DNA from: Escherichia coli
GTDB lineage: Bacteria > Pseudomonadota > Gammaproteobacteria > Enterobacterales > Enterobacteriaceae
NCBI RefSeq assembly: GCF_002854065.1
Contig: NZ_CP024147.1
Direction: 5' to 3' (one strand)
DNA length: 64,000 nt
Translations under genes and position numbers: made by a program
Shown: one piece after another, positions 10,436-17,451 of the stretch
Layout: each line of letters starts with the position of its first letter
How positions within the stretch are numbered: the stretch's first letter is position 1
Notes under the pieces: generated by a model
Seen by the model: the letters and a program-made list of their open reading frames with translations, nothing else
What the model was told of the DNA's origin: nothing
Database searches by the model: none

Positions 10436-10479
10436 TTACCTTTTCCGTTATGTCTAAAATGACATAACGGAAAAGGTAA
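10436..10479. promoter_or_regulatory. 44-bp perfect palindrome (19-bp arms TTACCTTTTCCGTTATGTC / GACATAACGGAAAAGGTAA, 6-bp spacer) ending 4 nt before the tauE-like start codon
   Basis: Seen directly; right arm contains the putative RBS AAAGG. Confidence 0.5.
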
Positions 10480-10483
10480 ACCC

Positions 10484-11308
10484 ATGTCCTCAGAATCAAA
10501 ACGGAACGGAAAAGGTTTTTTATCAGGCACGTTAATCGGTGCTTTAGGCGGCTTAATTGGCCTCGGTGGCGCTGAGTTCCGCCTTCCCGTCCTGATGGGT
10601 AGTTTCAAAATGCCGACGCTTGAAGCGGTTATTTTTAACAAAGCGATGAGCCTTACTGTTGTCGCTGTTGCTTTGATATTCCGCACAAAATCCATCGCCG
10701 TCGACCAGCTGTTTGCTCATCTTGATATTGTCATCAATTTGCTGGCCGGGAGCCTTATAGGTGCATGGTGGGCAGCAGGAAGAGCCATAAAAATGTCCCG
10801 TATTTGGCTGGACAGAACCATTCTGCTCCTGCTTGTTATCCTGTCATTCGTCATGTTTTCAGAAGCATTGATGCCTCTGCATGATAGCTCCGCTGGATTA
10901 TTCCAGCCCGGAATCGCGACCATTATTGCGGGTGTTATTGCGGGTGTTATTGCGGGTTTCTTCATCGGGAATGTTGCTGCTTTGCTGGGTGTTGCAGGGG
11001 GAGAGCTCCTGATACCAACTATCGTTATCCTTTTTGGGGCTGACATTAAACTGGCTGGCAGTTTGTCACTCATGATCAGTTTACCGACGATGATTGTGGG
11101 GTTCTCTCGCTACACTAATGCAGATGCTTTCCAGATCCTGAGAAAAGAGAAAAAACTTTTTGTGTGGATGGTCATCGGTTCCGTTATAGGTGCCGCTATT
11201 GGGGGCCTTATGCTCGGTATGTTCCCGGTAAGAGTACTTATGACTCTGTTAGGCGCGGTACTTCTTATTTCCGCGATCAAAACCTTTAAGCATACCCGGC
11301 AAAGATAA
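10484..11308 (+). CDS. TauE/SafE (TSUP/DUF81) family anion exporter-like membrane protein
   Basis: 274 aa, two glycine-rich hydrophobic halves (GALGGLIGLGGAEFRLP…; …GVAGGELLIPTIVILFG). Confidence 0.7.
   Translation: MSSESKRNGKGFLSGTLIGALGGLIGLGGAEFRLPVLMGSFKMPTLEAVIFNKAMSLTVVAVALIFRTKSIAVDQLFAHLDIVINLLAGSLIGAWWAAGRAIKMSRIWLDRTILLLLVILSFVMFSEALMPLHDSSAGLFQPGIATIIAGVIAGVIAGFFIGNVAALLGVAGGELLIPTIVILFGADIKLAGSLSLMISLPTMIVGFSRYTNADAFQILRKEKKLFVWMVIGSVIGAAIGGLMLGMFPVRVLMTLLGAVLLISAIKTFKHTRQR
10925..10960 (+). repeat. 12-bp tandem repeat ATTGCGGGTGTT x3 (last copy degenerate) inside the tauE-like gene, encoding (IAGV)2-IAGF
   Basis: Seen directly. Confidence 0.6.
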
Positions 11309-11370
11309 TAGCCGTTTACGCTTTGGACTATTCCGCATTACAGAGAAAATGATTTCGAAAAGGTATCAGA

Positions 11371-11739
11371 ATGAAAAAGAATCCCCTTAAATCAAACTTA
11401 ATCTTAGTCAGACCGAGGATCTATATTAACGACAACATCTCGCTGGGGCCGGGGAAGGTTGACCTTTTAAGGGCGATTGATGGCTTTCACTCTCTTTCTG
11501 CGGCAGCTAAAGATTTGGGGATACCTTATAAAAAAGCATGGCTCTTAATTGACACTTTGAATAAAGGGATTGGTCAGCCAGTTGTAACCACTTCCACTGG
11601 TGGTAACAAGGGCGGTGGTACAGTTCTGACGCCATTGGGGCGTAGCCTGCTGATCTGGTATGACCAGGCCGAGGCCCACCTCAATGAGCAATCTCAGCAA
11701 CAGTTAATCGAACTTGAAAAGATTCTTTTTGGAAAATGA
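11371..11739 (+). CDS. ModE N-terminal-domain-like winged-helix regulator (single domain, no Mop/TOBE domains)
   Basis: 122 aa; …AAKDLGIPYKKAWLLIDTLNKGIGQPVVTTSTGGNKGGGTVLTPLGRSLLIWY resembles ModE N-terminal HTH with the GG(K)GGGG loop. Confidence 0.6.
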   Translation: MKKNPLKSNLILVRPRIYINDNISLGPGKVDLLRAIDGFHSLSAAAKDLGIPYKKAWLLIDTLNKGIGQPVVTTSTGGNKGGGTVLTPLGRSLLIWYDQAEAHLNEQSQQQLIELEKILFGK

Positions 11740-11784
11740 CAGAGACCTTTGTTATCCATCGGGAAAATAGAGTGACAGCAATGC

Positions 11785-11810
11785 ATGAAGGGGGCTAATG
11801 CCCCCTTCAT
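11785..11810. terminator. Hairpin ATGAAGGGGGC-TAAT-GCCCCCTTCAT between convergent modE-like gene and arsA2; 19/20 identical to the hairpin at 9703-9728
   Basis: Seen directly. Confidence 0.6.
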
Positions 11811-11812
11811 TA

Positions 11813-13570
11813 TTACTTCGCCATTTCTTCCAGCAGGTCAATACCAACCGGCTCTTCGCTCTGTAGCGCTGTTAATGCAATACGCTTTGCATACTGCTCT
11901 TCCACATCAGAGATGAGAGGCAGCTCGCGGTTAGCTCTGGTCTTCAGGAAAGGTGAAGACGGCTCAGCAGCTGCCAGGCTGTTATTCACAACCCATGCCC
12001 ACGGCTCAATGCCAGCCCGACGCAGATCCTGCTGCAGGTTAGCGGCTTCCAGTACAGGTGTCGTTTCGGCAAGCGTCACGATAATCACCTTCGTCTTCTC
12101 CGGGTCCTGCAATTGCATCATTGGCGTCATCACATGGTCATGTGTTTGCCCCATCTGGCGCACCATTTCCCGGTGATAGGCTCCAGTCGCATCCAGTAGC
12201 AGAAGTGTGTGACCCGTTGGCGCGGTGTCCATAATGACAAAATGATCGTCTGCCTCTTTGATTATCCGCGAGAATGCCTGGAAGACGGCGATCTCTTCAG
12301 TACATGGTGAGCGGAGATCTTCTTCCAGCACCGCCAGCCCCTCAGCGTCTAATCCTTTGCCCTGATTCTCCAGTACAAAACGGCGATAACGCTCTGTCTC
12401 CACCTTCGGATCGATACGGCTGACCTGCAGATTTGGCAGCGAGCCATCCAGCGTGTAAGACAGATGTGCTGCCGGATCGGACGTGGTCAGATGGACTTTA
12501 TGACCGCGTTTTGCCAGCGATACCGCGACCGATGCTGCAACAGTCGTTTTGCCCACGCCGCCTTTCCCCATCGTCATTACCAGCCCTTTGCCTGTCAGAC
12601 TGAGTTCATCCACTAACGAGGAAAGTTTCGGTAAATCCAGAGCATTTAGCGTTGTATTGGAGAGAGACAGTGGCGCTTTGCTCTCTGTTAATAACTCTCG
12701 CAGGGCTTCCAGACCGACCAGATTAAATGGCTTCAGAGACAGCTGCGAGCGGGGAAGATTAACCAGATTATCAGGCATTGCCTGTAATGCTTTTTCTTCC
12801 CGAGCCAGAATACTTTGCGCCAGTGGATCATTTTCACCGGCAAACGGTGGCAGCACACCATTAATGGCAAGGTGTTGATGCTGCAAACCAATAGCAGAAA
12901 GCTCATCGTGCGTATGAGAAACCTCTTTCAGCGTTGAAGCCTGAGCTCGGGCAACCAGCACTAAGCGTGTGAGAGCTGCGTCGGACAGCGCTTTAACCGC
13001 ATCGGAGTACTGGTGCTGTTGTTTCTCAAGCCCTACCAGAGGTCCAAGGTTTGCAGCGGCATCAGGGTTCGCTTCGAGATAACCGCTCCAGGCTCCCGGC
13101 AATTCAAGCATGCGGATGGTGTGACCGGTTGGCGCGGTATCAAATACGATATGGTCATATTTTCCCCGCAGCTCATGATTGGTCAGCAGACCAGTAAACT
13201 CATCAAACGCAGCGATTTCCGTGGTGCATGAGCCGGAAAGCTGCTCTTCAATGCTGCTGACCACATCGGCTGGCATCAGCCCGCGAACAGGGTCGAGCAC
13301 ACGGTCACGATAGGCTTGCGCTGCAGCCATCGGATCAACTTCCATCGCGGCAAGATTTTCTACAGTACTGATATCTGTGATTCGGTGGCCGATAGTCTGG
13401 CTAAATACCTGGCCGACATTGGAAGCCGGATCGGTACTCACCAGAAGCGTTCTCTTACCCTGATCGGCCAGCCATACTGCAGTAGCACAGGCCAGGGATG
13501 TCTTACCCACTCCACCTTTACCAGTGAAGAAGATGAACGGGGGAATGTCTTTTAAAAATGGCATATTCAT
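11813..13570 (-). CDS. arsA: Second arsenite-stimulated ATPase ArsA (divergent paralogue)
   Basis: Two GKGGVGKT / DTAPTGHT sets; start MNMPFLKD with RBS GAGGAG. Confidence 0.85.
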   Translation of the reverse strand: MNMPFLKDIPPFIFFTGKGGVGKTSLACATAVWLADQGKRTLLVSTDPASNVGQVFSQTIGHRITDISTVENLAAMEVDPMAAAQAYRDRVLDPVRGLMPADVVSSIEEQLSGSCTTEIAAFDEFTGLLTNHELRGKYDHIVFDTAPTGHTIRMLELPGAWSGYLEANPDAAANLGPLVGLEKQQHQYSDAVKALSDAALTRLVLVARAQASTLKEVSHTHDELSAIGLQHQHLAINGVLPPFAGENDPLAQSILAREEKALQAMPDNLVNLPRSQLSLKPFNLVGLEALRELLTESKAPLSLSNTTLNALDLPKLSSLVDELSLTGKGLVMTMGKGGVGKTTVAASVAVSLAKRGHKVHLTTSDPAAHLSYTLDGSLPNLQVSRIDPKVETERYRRFVLENQGKGLDAEGLAVLEEDLRSPCTEEIAVFQAFSRIIKEADDHFVIMDTAPTGHTLLLLDATGAYHREMVRQMGQTHDHVMTPMMQLQDPEKTKVIIVTLAETTPVLEAANLQQDLRRAGIEPWAWVVNNSLAAAEPSSPFLKTRANRELPLISDVEEQYAKRIALTALQSEEPVGIDLLEEMAK

Positions 13571-13590
13571 CAGTGATAGCTCCTCTGGAA

Positions 13591-13953
13591 TTAAGGCATA
13601 CGTGGAATGCTGCAGCAACGCGGTTGCGTACTGTCTTCACTCCAGTCCTGAGTTAGCGGAATATCTGCCCAACGGGCGATATCTTCACGAGTCGGCAGTT
13701 TGCCTGCCATCACCAGCTTGCCGTCGAGCAAGGTGACAGGGAGGGATTCCATCCCTGATGTGTTCATAAACTCTTTGATTACAGGGGTATTCAGGAACTG
13801 CTGCGGGTTTTTCGCAAGGCTGTAGCGCTGAATATCAACGCCATTCTTTTTCGCCCATTCGGCGCTGGCATTCCATTTGACGGCTTCGTCGCTCACCACA
13901 ACGCTGCTGGTTGCGCAGCAGCCTGCTGCTTCAAAGATCTCAATTTTTGACAT
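13591..13953 (-). CDS. arsD: ArsD-like metallochaperone (divergent; only the N-terminal CC pair conserved)
   Basis: 120 aa, MSKIEIFEAAGCCATS…, immediately upstream of arsA2. Confidence 0.7.
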   Translation of the reverse strand: MSKIEIFEAAGCCATSSVVVSDEAVKWNASAEWAKKNGVDIQRYSLAKNPQQFLNTPVIKEFMNTSGMESLPVTLLDGKLVMAGKLPTREDIARWADIPLTQDWSEDSTQPRCCSIPRMP

Positions 13954-14028
13954 GGATTGTTTACCTCAGTGTTTAGTCATTTGGCTTTACACTGAGGTAA
14001 ACGAAGGTGGTGGGAAAAAGATGCGCGA

Positions 14029-14574
14029 TTAATTCATTTTTTTGTGGCAGCAGACAAAAGATGTGTCATCCGCCTCAATCTGGCAGAGTTCTGTCATCGT
14101 CTCTTTCAGGTGTTTTCTGGCCCGAAGTAGTCGGGATTTAAACGCTGTAAGCGTGATTCCCCATTCATCGGCCAGGGACTGCTGGGGACGCCGGTTAAGG
14201 TCGGACTCTTCAATCAACCACCGCTCATCTTCGGGTAAAGCCTGTAATGTTTCAGGCAGGCAAATATCCAGTGTTGAGATTGCATCAAGGGATGCGTCTG
14301 TTAATAGGGCATCTTCTTCCAGCTCAACAAACGCCCTGGTGGTTCGGTACTCATCAATCAGCAGATTCCTTGCTACCCGATACAACCAGGCTCGCGGATT
14401 TTCCATCTCACAAAAAATGTCTGAATGGGCTCGGGCACGCAGGAAAAGGTCTTGCAGAAGGTCTGCTGCTTTTTCGCTATCGCCTGTCTTCGATATCAGA
14501 AAGCGAGAAAATTCGCCTTCATGCTGCCGCCAGAACACGCTCATACAGCTGTTGAATGCTGTTATGTCACTCAT
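14029..14574 (-). CDS. ECF (sigma-70 family, group IV) sigma factor with C-terminal Cys-containing tail (…ELCQIEADDTSFVCCHKKMN)
   Basis: Region 2 (…NPRAWLYRVARNLLIDEYR) and region 4 (…SLADEWGITLTAFKSRLLRARKHL) motifs; ATG 14574 with RBS GAAGG overlapping arsH stop codon. Confidence 0.75.
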   Translation of the reverse strand: MSDITAFNSCMSVFWRQHEGEFSRFLISKTGDSEKAADLLQDLFLRARAHSDIFCEMENPRAWLYRVARNLLIDEYRTTRAFVELEEDALLTDASLDAISTLDICLPETLQALPEDERWLIEESDLNRRPQQSLADEWGITLTAFKSRLLRARKHLKETMTELCQIEADDTSFVCCHKKMN

Positions 14575-14582
14575 ACTAACCT

Positions 14583-15293
14583 TCAAATTTTGCTCTGATT
14601 AACCCGTCGGGAAAGTTCTTCTGCAGACTCTTTTCGTTCACTGTAGCGATCGACAAGATAGGCAGAATTTGCCCGGGTCAACAATGTAAACTTCATCAAT
14701 TCTTCCATCACATCCACGATGCGGTCGTAATATGGTGACGGTTTCATACGTCCATCGTCATCAAACTCCTGCCAGGCTTTTGCTACCGAGGACTGGTTCG
14801 GAATAGTGATCATTCTCATCCAACGACCAAGCACGCGCATCTGGTTGACTGTGTTGAATGACTGGGAACCTCCACACACTTGCATAACAGCCAGAGTTTT
14901 TCCCTGAGAAGGACGAACAGCACCTTCAGATAATGGTATCCAGTCAATTTGTGCCTTCATAATACCAGTCATCGCTCCGTGTCGTTCCGGAGAGCACCAC
15001 ACCATTCCTTCAGACCAGCGGACCAGTTCACGCAACTCCATAACTTTTGGATGTGACTCCGGTGCATCATCAGGAAGTGGAAGGCCAGATGGATTAAAAA
15101 TGCGGACTTCTGCGCCCATCGCAGTTAACAACCGACCAGCTTCCTCTGTCGCCAGTCGACTGTATGAGCGCTCACGAACTGAGCCATAAAGCATTAGTAT
15201 ACGAGGGGGGTGAGATATTGTCGGTATCCCCATTTTTTGCTCAGTTATTGCAGCATCAAATAAATCAGGAACTATATTATTTAGCTTATTCAT
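14583..15293 (-). CDS. arsH: ArsH, NADPH-dependent FMN reductase (organoarsenical oxidase)
   Basis: 236 aa; …[18 protein letters not shown]… flavodoxin-like motif typical of ArsH. Confidence 0.85.
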   Translation of the reverse strand: MNKLNNIVPDLFDAAITEQKMGIPTISHPPRILMLYGSVRERSYSRLATEEAGRLLTAMGAEVRIFNPSGLPLPDDAPESHPKVMELRELVRWSEGMVWCSPERHGAMTGIMKAQIDWIPLSEGAVRPSQGKTLAVMQVCGGSQSFNTVNQMRVLGRWMRMITIPNQSSVAKAWQEFDDDGRMKPSPYYDRIVDVMEELMKFTLLTRANSAYLVDRYSERKESAEELSRRVNQSKI

Positions 15294-15391
15294 TTTTTAT
15301 TTTCCCTATAGATTCGGGATCTTAGTAGGATGGATTCAGACGGTTCGATGCAGCTTTCGTCAATCATGACAGTTATGAGTTTTTCGGTTAC

Positions 15392-15715
15392 TTATCCATT
15401 TTTGCCAGCGGGTTCCGTAACATCTGTTTTACTGTTTACACAGCACTCTTCACGTAAGAATTCGATGATAGCTTCCAGTATTTCGTATTGAGAGACGCAC
15501 ATGAGCGTTCGACTCTCCCGGTTTTGTGTGACGAGTCCTACTGATACTAAGGCTGAAATATGATGACTTAACGTTGATGAGGGAATGCCAAGCTGCTTTT
15601 GCAATTCACCTACAGGCAAACCTTGTTCTCCAGCTTTTACAAGATGTTTGAATATGAACAAACGGGTCGGGTGACCCAGCTCTTTTAGTGCTTTAGCTAC
15701 TTCTTCCAATTGCAT
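15392..15715 (-). CDS. arsR: ArsR/SmtB family repressor, C-terminal vicinal-Cys type (…REECCVNSK…)
   Basis: 107 aa; HTH …LPVGELQKQLGIPSSTLSHHISALVSVGLV…; lacks the CVC site of R773 ArsR. Confidence 0.8.
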   Translation of the reverse strand: MQLEEVAKALKELGHPTRLFIFKHLVKAGEQGLPVGELQKQLGIPSSTLSHHISALVSVGLVTQNRESRTLMCVSQYEILEAIIEFLREECCVNSKTDVTEPAGKNG

Positions 15716-15735
15716 GTGACAACCCTCTGTCTAAT

Positions 15736-15798
15736 GATATTTCGATAATACCAGAAATATCTTGACCAGAATTATATTTCGATTATTCTAGAAATGTA
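15736..15798. promoter_or_regulatory. Two tandem imperfect palindromic operator-like sites (GATATTTCGATAATACCAGAAATATC at 15736-15761 and TATATTTCGATTATTCTAGAAATGTA at 15773-15798) in the arsR2/arsP divergent intergenic region
   Basis: Seen directly; candidate ArsR2 binding sites. Confidence 0.45.
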
Positions 15799-15820
15799 GA
15801 TTTTGTCAAGAGGGTTTAGT

Positions 15821-16954
15821 ATGAATAGTTGGATTTCTATGCTGCAAGATGCCGCAGAGATGTTTTTGTTTTTGGCCGTCGAGCTATCTTTGCTGTTTAT
15901 TGTCATCAGTGCCGGTGTGAGCCTGATAAGGCAAAAGGTCCCGGACCATAAAATCCAGCAATTGTTGGGGGCGAAAAAAGGAAAAGGCTACCTGCTGGCC
16001 TCGTTGTTGGGAGCCGTTACCCCTTTCTGTAGTTGCTCAACAATTCCAATGCTACGAGGGTTGTTGTCGGCGAAAGCAGGGTTTGGTCCGACACTCACTT
16101 TTTTGTTTGTTTCACCGTTGCTTAATCCCATTATCGTGGGGTTAATGTGGGTTACCTTTGGCTGGAAAGTAACTTTGTTGTACGCGATCATCGCTGCCGG
16201 TGTCTCAGTCCTTGCCAGTATCGTATTGGATTTACTAGGATTTGAACGTCATATTGTTGATCACAAAAACTCAGCATCAAGTGGTTGCGCCACCAAATGT
16301 GATGATTCCGAAGCTTCGGTAAAAACGTCGGCGGGTTCCAGTTGTTGCAGCACTAGCTCGACTCAATTGCCTGTAAAAACGAGTTGCTGTACTTCATCAG
16401 CGAACCCCATAATTAACTTAAGGACGGTAAAGAACGAGCAGAACGTATCAACGTGTTGTTCATCAATATCATCTGAACAACCAGCTGTTAGCTGTTGCAG
16501 CAGCGAGAATCTGGGCAATGTGAATCTCACACCGAATACCACCTCTGGCCCAATAAAGTTAGCTATGAAAGATGCCTTACAGCAGTTTAAGGATGTTCTG
16601 CCTTATCTTTTGTTAGGTGTATTAATAGGTTCATTTATTTATGGCTTTATCCCTTCAGAGTGGATTGCAGCTCATGCCGGAGCAGATAATCCCTTAGCCA
16701 TACCGCTGAGTGCAGTTGTTGGTATTCCGTTGTATATACGCGCAGAGGCAGTGATACCACTTGCATCAGTGCTGATGACTAAAGGAATGGGCCTGGGGGC
16801 ATTAATGGCCTTGATAATCGGTAGTGCTGGAGCGAGTTTGACAGAAGTAATACTGCTTAAATCAATGTTCAGAATGCCTATGATAGTCGCTTTTCTGACA
16901 GTTATCTTAGGTATGGCAATTCTAATGGGTTATCTGACTCAATTCTTGTTTTAA
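15821..16954 (+). CDS. arsP: ArsP-type organoarsenical efflux permease with Cys/Ser-rich loop
   Basis: TPFCSCS motif recalled for ArsP; start ATG 15821 after RBS GAGGG; central loop has four CC pairs. Confidence 0.8.
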   Translation: MNSWISMLQDAAEMFLFLAVELSLLFIVISAGVSLIRQKVPDHKIQQLLGAKKGKGYLLASLLGAVTPFCSCSTIPMLRGLLSAKAGFGPTLTFLFVSPLLNPIIVGLMWVTFGWKVTLLYAIIAAGVSVLASIVLDLLGFERHIVDHKNSASSGCATKCDDSEASVKTSAGSSCCSTSSTQLPVKTSCCTSSANPIINLRTVKNEQNVSTCCSSISSEQPAVSCCSSENLGNVNLTPNTTSGPIKLAMKDALQQFKDVLPYLLLGVLIGSFIYGFIPSEWIAAHAGADNPLAIPLSAVVGIPLYIRAEAVIPLASVLMTKGMGLGALMALIIGSAGASLTEVILLKSMFRMPMIVAFLTVILGMAILMGYLTQFLF

Positions 16955-16965
16955 AGCATTACAAC

Positions 16966-16997
16966 AAGGGTCTTCTGCCTCAAGATCGAAGACCCTT
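16966..16997. terminator. Hairpin AAGGGTCTTC-12 nt-GAAGACCCTT downstream of arsP (weak T-tract; terminator-like)
   Basis: Seen directly. Confidence 0.35.
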
Positions 16998-17451
16998 CAG
17001 TTTCACTAGCAGATTGCCAGTTCTAGTAGCCAATTAAGAGAGGAGTGGATTGTTCTTTGGGTATTCGCAAACCCAGCAACGGTAAAATCAGGACTGACCC
17101 AAAAATTCAACGAGAATCCACCCCTTTAAATCTTTGATCCCTTCCCGGAAGCAGTATACGGCATATCTGAGTTAATCGTTTCTATTGGAGCTTCAGGGAA
17201 GCGACTCTTAATAGAAATCTGTTAATACTGTCCAAAACTGATTCCCTTTATCCCGAGCTGAACCGTAACAAAACCATCTCTCTTTGAGATCTCACATACT
17301 CAACGAACATAAGCCATTGCTGCTACATACAATTTTACGAAGCATATCACCTTAGTTGATCATGAAATCCATCCTGAATACAGATTGATTTTTATACTAT
17401 ATTAAGTGAGATATGATCTTCTTTAGAGTTGAGCTAAAAGGAGTCGAGGCG

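Noticed and set aside
14042-14602. 186-aa plus-strand ORF
   Set aside because: Antisense shadow of the ECF sigma gene; Ser/Arg-rich low-complexity translation with no motifs; the sigma frame has clear conserved regions.
17042-17124. Imperfect inverted repeat GAGTGGATT … AATCCACCC upstream of the first recombinase
   Set aside because: Arms only ~7-9 bp with mismatches; cannot be distinguished from chance without comparison to an empty site.
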